Assembly: GCA_045559735.1 (NCBI GenBank) | Contig: JBJLJN010000014.1 | Span: forward strand, 15,451-79,450 | Reading direction: 5' to 3' | Length of the DNA: 64,000 nt | DNA from: Candidatus Thalassarchaeum sp. | Lineage (GTDB): Archaea > Thermoplasmatota > Poseidoniia > Poseidoniales > Thalassarchaeaceae | Shown: piece after piece, positions 47,987 through 56,607 of the stretch | Layout: every line of letters begins with the position of its first letter | Numbering within the stretch: position 1 is the first letter of the stretch | The notes under the pieces: generated by a model | Databases searched by the model: none | Told to the model about the DNA's origin: nothing | The model's input: only the letters and a program-made list of their open reading frames with translations | Made by a program: the position numbers and the translations under genes

Positions 47987-50244
47987 ATCAATGCAAATAT
48001 CGAGAGCATGCCAACTGCTGCCATCATGATGTAGTCACGTGTGCTTCCGGTAGTGACGCTGCGGACTGACACAGATCCGGAAGACGAGTTGGACTCGATT
48101 TGCTTGATGACTCCATCGATGATGTTCTTGTCGAACCATGCCGAGAAAGATGCGAAGGGGATTGCAGTGTTGGCGACTATCCACTCGTACAAGTCATCGA
48201 AGTACAACCTCCTCTGAAGAGCCTTGGCCAGTTGAGAGTCGGCCAGCTCGGAGACGTCTTGTGAACCGAATCTGCTAGATAGGTCAACGAGCCATGAGAC
48301 AAAGGGGTTGGCCTTGGCGCCTCCAGCGAGCCTTCCTCCATGAACTCGCGAAGCCAAGATCGGCCCGAGGATGGCGGCCAGAAGTATGGTCATCCAACCT
48401 ACGATTCGGAGTTCGTTATCATCAGGCAGGAAGGCGTGCTTCAGCGTATCCAGAACACCATGCATGGCCAAATGATCCTTCTCGCCGCCAAGATAGTCGA
48501 CTACACCCAGCAGGGCAAGTAGGAATCCGCCGATGGCGGTGATGAAAGTGAGAATAATCAATGGCTCCTTAATCCAAGGCGTGTTCTCGTGGATGTGCTC
48601 CGCGACGTCAGTCTTGGGTGAGCCAGCGAAGGTCATCAGCCACATGCGCGTCATGTAAAATCCAGTCATGCCGGCCGTAGCGAGGACGAGTATTGCCGGA
48701 CCGAGCATCAGTGGTTCCTCGTGCAAGCATGCCAGCCATGTTTCCGCGATGATTCCCTCCTTGGACCAGAATCCGCCGATTAGAGGGATTCCGATGATGG
48801 ACATCGAGCCGAACATCATCGCGGTGGAAGTGACGGGCATCTTGGAAGCCAATCCGCCCATGTTCCGCATGTCCTGAGGGTCGAAATCGTGGTCATCGGG
48901 ATGCAGATGATGGTGGGCATGGTGCATCTCGTGGATCACCGAGCCGCTCGCCATGAACAGCATCCCTTTGGCCATGGCATGGTTGAACAAGTGGAACATC
49001 GAGGCTCCAATGACGAAATATCCGGCATGATATTCGCCGATATTGAGGAACAACAGTCCCGCGCCCAATCCTGTGAAAATGTACGCGAGTTGACTCATTG
49101 TTGAGTATGCGAGGACCTTCTTGATGTCGTTCTGTACGAAAGCGATAGCTGCGGCCATGAAGGCTGTGATACCACCTATCCAGGCAACGATGAGGGCAAA
49201 GTCCTCGAGTCCTGCAACTCCGCTGACATGGACATCTACGAATGGGACCATTCGGAAGACGAGATAGAGGCCCGCATTCACCATTGTAGCAGCGTGGATG
49301 AGGGCAGACACCGGGGTCGGGCCCTCCATCGCATCTGGTAGCCAGACATGCAGAGGGAATTGGGCCGACTTACCCACAGCTCCGATGAATAGCATTAGTA
49401 GTGCCCAGTTGAGATTAGCTGAGTCGACCAAAGCTCCTCCAATTCCTGTGGAAGGGTCGTCGAAGATGACCGAGAACTCCAGCGAGCCGTAGATGTCGTA
49501 CAGCATCAGCAATCCGACCATTAGGAATACATCACCGACTCTTGTTGTCAGGAAGGCTTTCTTCGCAGCTGTTGCCGCGCTGTCCTTCCAGTAGTAGAAA
49601 CCAATCAGCAGGTATGAGCACAGGCCCATAATCTCCCAGAAGATGAACAGCCACAGGAAGTTGTCAGCCAGCACCATTCCGAACATACCTATTGCGAATA
49701 GGACGAACTCCCCGTAGAAGCGGTGGTTGCTGTCCTCATTGATTGGATCGGTGTTCATGTATCCGAGACTGAACCAGCAGATTAGGAAGCAAAGGAATGT
49801 AGCAACGAACAGCAGCATCAGGCTAACGGGATCAATCCATACTCCCACGCCGATATCTGCGAATCCTGAACTGATATCCCATTGAGAGCCGTCATGATGT
49901 AGGACATCGAATGTTAGCCAAGAGAACGGTTCCACGACCGAGTGCATCTCAAAGTGCGCTGAACCTACGATATAGTCGTAGGCTATCCACAGCGCTATAC
50001 TGAGCGAGAGAGCCAGCGACCCCAAGCCGAATATACCGCCTTCCTTGTATCGGTTCTTCCATGTCTCATTGCCATTGTAGACCTGTCCGGCCACGAGGAT
50101 GAATGGGAATGTCAGCAAAGGGACTACTACAATCAGGAAGGCCGCATCGACCGATTCCCACCCCTGCATATGCAGAATCGGCGCCACAAGGACGAAGGGG
50201 ATTACAGGAGTCAGAAGGTTCCATTCATTCCTCGAATCGGCCAT
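47968..50244 (-). CDS. nuoL: Complex I antiporter-like subunit L (758 aa, long lateral helix)
   Basis: FLWLFIFWEIMGLCSYLLIGFYY...AAKKAFLTTRVGD signature. Confidence 0.9.
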   Translation of the reverse strand: MADSRNEWNLLTPVIPFVLVAPILHMQGWESVDAAFLIVVVPLLTFPFILVAGQVYNGNETWKNRYKEGGIFGLGSLALSLSIALWIAYDYIVGSAHFEMHSVVEPFSWLTFDVLHHDGSQWDISSGFADIGVGVWIDPVSLMLLFVATFLCFLICWFSLGYMNTDPINEDSNHRFYGEFVLFAIGMFGMVLADNFLWLFIFWEIMGLCSYLLIGFYYWKDSAATAAKKAFLTTRVGDVFLMVGLLMLYDIYGSLEFSVIFDDPSTGIGGALVDSANLNWALLMLFIGAVGKSAQFPLHVWLPDAMEGPTPVSALIHAATMVNAGLYLVFRMVPFVDVHVSGVAGLEDFALIVAWIGGITAFMAAAIAFVQNDIKKVLAYSTMSQLAYIFTGLGAGLLFLNIGEYHAGYFVIGASMFHLFNHAMAKGMLFMASGSVIHEMHHAHHHLHPDDHDFDPQDMRNMGGLASKMPVTSTAMMFGSMSIIGIPLIGGFWSKEGIIAETWLACLHEEPLMLGPAILVLATAGMTGFYMTRMWLMTFAGSPKTDVAEHIHENTPWIKEPLIILTFITAIGGFLLALLGVVDYLGGEKDHLAMHGVLDTLKHAFLPDDNELRIVGWMTILLAAILGPILASRVHGGRLAGGAKANPFVSWLVDLSSRFGSQDVSELADSQLAKALQRRLYFDDLYEWIVANTAIPFASFSAWFDKNIIDGVIKQIESNSSSGSVSVRSVTTGSTRDYIMMAAVGMLSIFALIWGVSA

Positions 50245-50253
50245 GGAATCACC

Positions 50254-50556
50254 TCAGTTCCTCAGTATGTTTGCCTCGTCCAGAGAAATCGTCTCCTGAG
50301 TGCTGTAGAGCGAGAGTAGGATCGCTAGTCCGATTGCGACTTCTGCAGCGGCTATCGCGATAGCGATAGCAGTGAAGACCCAGCCGTCCACGTCGCTGTA
50401 GTGAGTGGCTCCGGCTACGAAATTGAGATTGGCAGCGTTGAGCATGACCTCGATACACATCAGAACCACAATCGCGTTCTTGCGCGTAAATGCACCTAGT
50501 AGACCAATGAAGAACAGGATTACTCCTAGACCGGCAATCCAACTGGTCTCAATCAT
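50254..50556 (-). CDS. nuoK: Complex I subunit K
   Basis: 100 aa, 3 TM, MCIEVMLNAANLNFVA. Confidence 0.9.
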   Translation of the reverse strand: MIETSWIAGLGVILFFIGLLGAFTRKNAIVVLMCIEVMLNAANLNFVAGATHYSDVDGWVFTAIAIAIAAAEVAIGLAILLSLYSTQETISLDEANILRN

Positions 50557-50819
50557 TGGTCATCACCTTCTAAGTCCCAAATTAGATTGGCCAACCTCTC
50601 GTCACGGACCAGATATGATGCGCCAATCATAGCCATTGCCAGAAGCGCACCTAGGACGATGGTAGCCACCGACCACTCTCCGAAAATGGAAACTGCGAAT
50701 TCCGCCGTTGTGGGCGGAGTACCTGACTCACCCCACATGGGGTGAGACATTACCTCAGAGAGTAGGATGAGCAGAAAGGAGAATACTCCAATCTGCGCTA
50801 GGGCTGAGATTCCCCTCAT
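50553..50819 (-). CDS. nuoJ: Complex I subunit J, C-terminal half (nuoJ2-like)
   Basis: 88 aa with 2 TM. Its ATG directly follows the in-frame TGA of the upstream half. ATGA overlap with nuoK. Confidence 0.7.
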   Translation of the reverse strand: MRGISALAQIGVFSFLLILLSEVMSHPMWGESGTPPTTAEFAVSIFGEWSVATIVLGALLAMAMIGASYLVRDERLANLIWDLEGDDQ

Positions 50820-51083
50820 TCAGGCGTCCTCCTGTATCTGTTTGCGGGTCAGCATGACGCCGAACTGCACGACAAGCATGACTGATCCCAGATAGACCAG
50901 GATCTGAATTGCAGCCAGCATCTCTGCTCCAGCCATCACGAAGACCCCGGCGACTGCGAAGAAAGTCAGCATCAGCGATAGTAGTGAGTGAGCAACCCTG
51001 CGTGCGTAGACGCAACCGAGTGCGCCGCCAATGGCCATGGCAGACAGTATGATGAATACTAGAGCCTCAAAATCCAACACCAT
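50820..51083 (-). CDS. nuoJ: Complex I subunit J, N-terminal half (nuoJ1-like)
   Basis: 87 aa with 3 TM, ends ...QIQEDA-TGA-ATG. Confidence 0.7.
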   Translation of the reverse strand: MVLDFEALVFIILSAMAIGGALGCVYARRVAHSLLSLMLTFFAVAGVFVMAGAEMLAAIQILVYLGSVMLVVQFGVMLTRKQIQEDA

Positions 51084-51085
51084 AA

Positions 51086-52057
51086 CTAGGCCTCCGCCGC
51101 CCTAGCAGCCTTCCTCTCACGCTTCTTCAGTTCCTTCTCAGCGCGCTTCTTCAGCTCCATATCGACGCGTTCCTGGTGTACTGCTGGGAGGACTCTGGTC
51201 CTACCTGCATCGAACCACAAGTCCTGTCTGTTGAAGCCGGACATGCCATCATACTCGTTGGTCATGAAGAAGGACTCGAAGGGGCAGGCCTCAGCACATA
51301 GGCCGCAGAACATGCATCTACCAATGTCAATCTGCCCTGACACGATATCCTGCTCCGCAGGTGTTAGAGTGCTGGAGTCAATCGTCTCCACGCCGGTTCC
51401 ATCAGACCAGCGAACAGTAGCCTTGTCTCCTGACAGTTCAATCACCTCGCCGAAGTCATACTGCGGAGGGGCATCGGCGTGAGAGTTCACTAAGTCGAAT
51501 CCTTCTGCTATGTCCTCGAAGTCATCCTTCTTCCTAGCAGCAAACCCACCTTCCTCAAGCTCGCTTCCGTAACCATGCCAATCATCACCCTCTTCAGCGG
51601 TGTCAAGGACGTTTACCCTGACCTCTGAAGTCATGTGGAGGCAGTCATTAGGGCAAACTCTGACGCACGCTTTGCAGGCTGTGCAAGTCTCCCAGATGAT
51701 TCCAATTCTCCCATTGTAGTTGCCCGGAACGAACAACCAAGGCTCTAGATCCTCGAGTCTCTCATAGGGGTACATCACGGTCACGGGTCGCTCTAGGAAA
51801 GGCATAATCTCGCTCGTCTCTCTATCAGCAGAGAACTTCTGCCAGAGTGTAGGGTGGTCTACGCCAACTCTCTCTCTGGTGGCTGGATCGACCATAGATG
51901 CCGACTTACCGTGGTAGTCATTCCTGAGTAAACTCAGCCTGCCTAGGTATGGGACGGTTCTGAGTGCTGTCTTCAGTGTCATCCACATCGGGCGGATGAC
52001 TAGGTTCCTGAAGTTGGGAGTCGCATGAGGATGCCCAGTGTTCGCCTTGTAACTCAT
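51086..52057 (-). CDS. nuoI: Complex I subunit I (2x[4Fe-4S] ferredoxin) with large insertions and K/E-rich C-terminal tail
   Basis: CTACKACVRVCP and CMFCGLCAEACP motifs separated by about 110 aa (typically about 30). MTLK...RPVTVMYPYE N-terminal region with about 50 inserted residues. Track ORF 51086..52156 overlaps nuoH; the Met at about 52057 avoids the overlap. Confidence 0.8.
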   Translation of the reverse strand: MSYKANTGHPHATPNFRNLVIRPMWMTLKTALRTVPYLGRLSLLRNDYHGKSASMVDPATRERVGVDHPTLWQKFSADRETSEIMPFLERPVTVMYPYERLEDLEPWLFVPGNYNGRIGIIWETCTACKACVRVCPNDCLHMTSEVRVNVLDTAEEGDDWHGYGSELEEGGFAARKKDDFEDIAEGFDLVNSHADAPPQYDFGEVIELSGDKATVRWSDGTGVETIDSSTLTPAEQDIVSGQIDIGRCMFCGLCAEACPFESFFMTNEYDGMSGFNRQDLWFDAGRTRVLPAVHQERVDMELKKRAEKELKKRERKAARAAEA

Positions 52058-52067
52058 CAAATCACTC

Positions 52068-53681
52068 CTAATCCCTGTGGCTCCCCGGTGATGCCTTGAC
52101 AACTGCCTGAGTGCTGTACGGCCTACGCTGAATCTCCAGCGCATCCTTGTCCTCATCTATTGCGAGAATCACGAAAATTCCGCCAGATGCAGCTGTGATG
52201 GCGATTGGTAGCAACAGATTCCATGGGCCACCATCCCAGAACAGTAGCCTGATTGCTATAGCTAACACCAAGTTGAGCAGAGACAATGGCAATAGGTATC
52301 TCCAACCGAACTCAAGAATCTGGTCGGTTCTAACTCTGTGAAGGGAAGCCCGAATCCATACGAATACGGCGAATAGAGCCCATGCCTTCAGCAAGATCCA
52401 CCCCACGCCAGGAATCAGTGAAAGACCAAACTCTACGATACTACCTACCCAAGGCAGATCGGCAAGGGTGTGCTCGAAAGGAGCCTCCCATCCACCCAGG
52501 AAGAACAGGGCGAAGAGAATGCAGGCGGCATACGATCGCATGTACTCGGCAGCAAACATTAGCCCCCATCGAATCCCTCCATACTCGGTCCACCAGCCCT
52601 CGACCAGTTCTGCCTCGGCCTCAGGCATGTCGAATGGAATTCTCTCGACCTCGGCAATCATCGTGATGAGGAAGAGCAGAGCTCCCAGAGGCATCAGGAA
52701 TATGTTCCAGACATTACCTTCATCTTCGCCAATCTGGAAGTCCACAATCTCAATGATGTTGAACGAGCCACTGAGGACGGCGACGCCAAGGACAGTAATC
52801 AGCAGTGGGATTTCGTAGGCAGTGAGTTGCGCGGCGGAGCGCATTCCTCCGATGAGAGTATACTTGTTGTTGGAAGCCCAGCCAGCGAAGAACACACCGA
52901 GCGGGGCAACGCCGAAGATTGCCATCATGAAAAGCAGAGAGAGTTCTGGATTAGCAGCGTAGATGTGCGGTCCGAACGGAACGAAGGCAAACACCATCAC
53001 TGTGGTTGAAAGGATGATGACAGGGGCTACCTCGAAGACGACCTTGTCAGCATCTTTGGGAACGATGTGTTCCTTTGTTGCGAACTTGAAGAAATCAGCG
53101 AAGGCCTGGAAGAATCCAGGCAGGAGGAACCAGTAGCCGTGGTAACTCCTGTTGTTGACTCTGGATACTGTTTCCAACTCGTGCGAGTTGCCCCAGGTCT
53201 TGTTGAGGGCCCCTATGACCCATCCAATCGGGCCACCTACTCCGAAGGGCAACTTGTTCCACCACTCCCCTGCAGTGACCCCACTCTCTCCGACCCAGAC
53301 ACTCCTCAGAGTGGTGGTAGCCCCTAGTCTGTCCATCAAACGGCCGATGAACTTCCTCTCGATGTATGGTATAGCCAGCATTGTGGTCATCATCAAGCCA
53401 AAGACCACTGTGCACATAATCGTGGCATGCATGAACGACTCCAGGGCCGGCTGTATGCTTGCGAATCCATCTTGCAGATTGAAAATTGGACCGATGGTGA
53501 ATGGATTGGGCCAGGCCCAAGTGCTGGGGATGGTGACCTGTAGATCGATATCTTCGGATGGCATCAAGTCGTGCACATTATCCATCGACCAGCTGGTCAA
53601 AGATTCAGTCCAGCCGACTATGTCCAACCAGTCGCTACTCGTCATTCTATCACCTATCTGTCTCTCCGATACAGGGATCAA
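52068..53681 (-). CDS. nuoH: Complex I subunit H with N-terminal extension and about 50-aa insertion after the ERK motif
   Basis: IPYIERKFIGRLMDRLG ... GFFQAFADFFKFATKE with an intervening W/G-rich segment absent from canonical NuoH. 8-9 TM. 537 aa versus about 330-350. Confidence 0.8.
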   Translation of the reverse strand: MIPVSERQIGDRMTSSDWLDIVGWTESLTSWSMDNVHDLMPSEDIDLQVTIPSTWAWPNPFTIGPIFNLQDGFASIQPALESFMHATIMCTVVFGLMMTTMLAIPYIERKFIGRLMDRLGATTTLRSVWVGESGVTAGEWWNKLPFGVGGPIGWVIGALNKTWGNSHELETVSRVNNRSYHGYWFLLPGFFQAFADFFKFATKEHIVPKDADKVVFEVAPVIILSTTVMVFAFVPFGPHIYAANPELSLLFMMAIFGVAPLGVFFAGWASNNKYTLIGGMRSAAQLTAYEIPLLITVLGVAVLSGSFNIIEIVDFQIGEDEGNVWNIFLMPLGALLFLITMIAEVERIPFDMPEAEAELVEGWWTEYGGIRWGLMFAAEYMRSYAACILFALFFLGGWEAPFEHTLADLPWVGSIVEFGLSLIPGVGWILLKAWALFAVFVWIRASLHRVRTDQILEFGWRYLLPLSLLNLVLAIAIRLLFWDGGPWNLLLPIAITAASGGIFVILAIDEDKDALEIQRRPYSTQAVVKASPGSHRD

Positions 53682-54786
53682 ACGAACCCATGATTGCAGG
53701 GATGTCCGCTACCTTGTAGCCAATCATACACTTAGCTGCGAATGGGATTGTAATGAAAATCGGAGAACGGATTGAGACTCTGTAGGGCTGCTTCCCCCTT
53801 CCTTCTCCACCACCTGCGATATAGAACATGGACTCGCCTCTACTGTCTTCGAAATGGTGTGCTCCACTGGTTCCCTCGGGAGCGCGGCTCGGAGCCTTGG
53901 CGAGAATCATTGGATCCTCTGGCTCATAGTGCGTATTGGCTCCTCCAGGAATCTTGTCCAGAGCCTGTAGAGCCAGTGATGCACTGACTCTCATCTCCTC
54001 TACCCGGATCCTGTAGCGGTCGTAGCAATCTGCTCCCTTGATTGAAGAGCGCTCGACTGGGGGGGACCAGTCGAGTTCGCTGTAGACCGAATAGGGGTGA
54101 GCCCAGCGGATATCGTAGTTCACTCCCCCTGCCCTCAGGTTGGGGCCTGTAACTCCGTGGTTGACCATCTCCTCTGGTTTGGCGTATCCGACTCCTTGGC
54201 TCCGCACAAGGAAGATGGTGCTCTCATCGTACAGTGCCTCGTACTCCTGAATCCGGTTGAGAAACAGCTTGAGTTTTGCTCTGGCTCGCTGGGCGAAACC
54301 GTAGGGGAGGTCACGCTTGACGCCGCCGACTCTCGGGAAGTTGTAGTGCATTCTGGAGCCACCCAACTCTTGTAGCAGATCCATCATCATCTCGCGCTCC
54401 CTAAGGCACCAGACCATAATCGACAGGTTTCCAATGTCTGGACCATAGGCTCCCAGCCACATCAGATGGCTGGCGATGCGCTGAATCTCAACGGCGATGA
54501 GTCGGATGTATTCGGCCCTCTCCGGGACCTCTACTTCGAGCAGGTCTTCGGCTGAGTAGATGTATGCGTGTGACCAAGTATTAGCGCTGGCGTAGCACAA
54601 TCTATCACAGTAGGTCGTAATCTGAGTGAAATCACGAGATTCACATATCTTCTCGACGCCGCGGTGGATGTATCCCAAATCGGGCTCGGTGTCGACGACG
54701 GTTTCTCCATCTACCTTTACCTTCAGTGTCCACAGACCATGGGTCATTGGGTGCTGAGGGCCCATGGAAATCCACATCTCTGCCAT
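53650..54786 (-). CDS. nuoD: Complex I 49-kDa subunit
   Basis: MGPQHPMTHGLWTLKVKVDGE..., RxxHxxxG pattern, C-terminal conserved GETDR-like end. Confidence 0.9.
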   Translation of the reverse strand: MAEMWISMGPQHPMTHGLWTLKVKVDGETVVDTEPDLGYIHRGVEKICESRDFTQITTYCDRLCYASANTWSHAYIYSAEDLLEVEVPERAEYIRLIAVEIQRIASHLMWLGAYGPDIGNLSIMVWCLREREMMMDLLQELGGSRMHYNFPRVGGVKRDLPYGFAQRARAKLKLFLNRIQEYEALYDESTIFLVRSQGVGYAKPEEMVNHGVTGPNLRAGGVNYDIRWAHPYSVYSELDWSPPVERSSIKGADCYDRYRIRVEEMRVSASLALQALDKIPGGANTHYEPEDPMILAKAPSRAPEGTSGAHHFEDSRGESMFYIAGGGEGRGKQPYRVSIRSPIFITIPFAAKCMIGYKVADIPAIMGSFDPCIGETDR

Positions 54787-54795
54787 CTGTTCACC

Positions 54796-55455
54796 TCACT
54801 TGATTTTGCCAACGTCTTCGGGTTTACGCATGAAGCCCTGAGGGTCGTCGTACATCTCCTCAAAGCCATGGTACCTCAGATTGTGCTGCTTCTGCAGAGG
54901 GTGGTATCCCCTAGGGGTCTCATGCGGTAACAGGACTCGTCTCATGCCCTTGTGGCCATCGAAGTCTATTCCTACTAGGTCCCAAGTCTCCTTCTCATTC
55001 CAATCTGCTCCTACCCAGATGTCTTGGACCGAGTCGACTGTAGGAGTTCTGGAATCTGGAAGATGGATATGGACTTCAACCTCTACAGGTGTTCCGAAGC
55101 CCCTTAGAGTAGAGGGGTTGACTATGATTGGTTGAACCACGCCGTCCTTAGAGGGAGGATCTCTGACGCCGGTTCTGAGAAGATGGTAGACGACTTCCCA
55201 CTTGCGATTGGCATCCCCCTCAGGCCAGTGAATCCCGGTAATCATCGAGCAGTGGTCAACGGCATGATCGGAGTACAGCATCTCGGCGAGGCCTCTCCAA
55301 CTTTCTGGAGATGGGTTGGCGACTACCACATTCCTAGGATTTGTTCCGCTAGAGCGCTCGACGACTTCTGCCTCAACTCCTTCCAGAGAAGAGATTGAGT
55401 TGACGATTACTTCTGCAGCTGCCTTCTGAACCGATGCAGAGACTATCTTTCCCAT
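54796..55455 (-). CDS. nuoC: Complex I 30-kDa subunit
   Basis: EVVYHLLRTG and IHWPEGDANRKWE region. Confidence 0.85.
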   Translation of the reverse strand: MGKIVSASVQKAAAEVIVNSISSLEGVEAEVVERSSGTNPRNVVVANPSPESWRGLAEMLYSDHAVDHCSMITGIHWPEGDANRKWEVVYHLLRTGVRDPPSKDGVVQPIIVNPSTLRGFGTPVEVEVHIHLPDSRTPTVDSVQDIWVGADWNEKETWDLVGIDFDGHKGMRRVLLPHETPRGYHPLQKQHNLRYHGFEEMYDDPQGFMRKPEDVGKIK

Positions 55456-55464
55456 CTAATCAGC

Positions 55465-56061
55465 TCACTCGTCCCCGATGATTACAGGTGCGTCACTCTC
55501 CGGCCTCACATCATCTACATCGACACCAATCCGGATAATCTTCTGACGGAGTTTGTCAAACCCGTCAATCAGCGCCTCTGGCCTAGGTGGGCAACCAGGG
55601 ATGTAGACATCTACTGGAATCACAGTGTCAACTCCCTCAAGGACATTGTATGACTGGAAGTATGGTCCACCAGAAATAGCGCACTCCCCCATAGCGATGC
55701 ACCACTTTGGCTCTGGCATCTGCTCCCATAGTCTGATTATTGGGTCGGCGAACTTCTTGCTAATCGGGCCGTTCACCAGAAGGACATCACACTGTCTAGG
55801 GCTGGATCTGAAGAAGACTCCGAAGCGCTCGGCATCGAACCTGCTTGCTCCAGCTGCTGCCATCTCTAAAGCGCAGCACTTGATTCCCAGGTGCAATGGG
55901 AAAAGCGACTTCCTCTGACCCCAGTTGAACACCCTGCCGGCTAGGACGCCGATTACGTCCTTCATCCGACTTGCCTTGAGGGCCTCATCGGTGACGTCGC
56001 CGACTACATCCACCAGCATCCTGCTGTTGAACATCGAGTAGTTCTGCCCTTCTTCTGTCAT
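55465..56061 (-). CDS. nuoB: Complex I 20-kDa subunit (N2 cluster)
   Basis: GIKCCALEMAAAG, CAISGGPYF, DVYIPGCPPRPEAL Cys ligands. Confidence 0.95.
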   Translation of the reverse strand: MTEEGQNYSMFNSRMLVDVVGDVTDEALKASRMKDVIGVLAGRVFNWGQRKSLFPLHLGIKCCALEMAAAGASRFDAERFGVFFRSSPRQCDVLLVNGPISKKFADPIIRLWEQMPEPKWCIAMGECAISGGPYFQSYNVLEGVDTVIPVDVYIPGCPPRPEALIDGFDKLRQKIIRIGVDVDDVRPESDAPVIIGDE

Positions 56062-56069
56062 AATCCACC

Positions 56070-56516
56070 TCAGATGTATATCCTGCCCCGCTTGCGGAAG
56101 ACGTGCCAGACTCCCAGACCCATCAGAACGGTGAACACAGTGAGTGTGCCTAGAGCGCCGATCATCTCACTGTCAGCCATTCCCTCTTGGATGGCTATCA
56201 CACCTCCGAAGGCGAGGAACATGAAGGCGATGTCGAACACTAGGAAGATAATGGCGTACCAGTAGTATTGGAAGTGGAAGTTGATGTGAGCCTCTCCCAG
56301 TGGCTCAGCACCGCATTCGTAGGTTGAGTCCCTGCGAATGTAGAGGCTCTGGTCGGTCTCATATCCGGGAAGCAGCCACGAACGCATCTTAGTAGGGTCG
56401 TTGGGTGATTTCCTTGGCCTGAGCAACTCGGCTGCGATGAAACTCCCAACGGGAAATCCGATTCCAACCAAGGTCATTACCGCCACAGCGACATAGGCCT
56501 CGGGAACTGAAGACAT
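56070..56516 (-). CDS. nuoA: Complex I subunit A
   Basis: YECGAEPLGEAHINFHFQYYWYAIIFLVFDIAFMFL signature. The likely start is MSSVPEAYV (about 56516); the track ORF extends to 56555. Confidence 0.85.
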   Translation of the reverse strand: MSSVPEAYVAVAVMTLVGIGFPVGSFIAAELLRPRKSPNDPTKMRSWLLPGYETDQSLYIRRDSTYECGAEPLGEAHINFHFQYYWYAIIFLVFDIAFMFLAFGGVIAIQEGMADSEMIGALGTLTVFTVLMGLGVWHVFRKRGRIYI

Positions 56517-56530
56517 AGTTTTCACCCGGC

Positions 56531-56545
56531 GGTCCCTATGGGACC
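56531..56545 (-). promoter_or_regulatory. 6-bp hairpin GGTCCC-TAT-GGGACC in the nuo operon leader (inside the extended nuoA track ORF)
   Basis: Inverted repeat read directly, 15-30 nt upstream of the preferred nuoA ATG. Confidence 0.25.
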
Positions 56546-56607
56546 GACGGGTCATTGCACCTGAATAGGGGCAATAAGCCTATCCGGACAGGCCTCCGTA
56601 GTATTGG

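Noticed and set aside
50817-50822. In-frame TGA inside nuoJ as a selenocysteine or programmed readthrough site
   Set aside because: The ATG of the second half follows immediately, and no SECIS-like structure is evident. A split J subunit is a known archaeal arrangement, so two genes is the simpler explanation. I kept it as a low-probability alternative in the findings.
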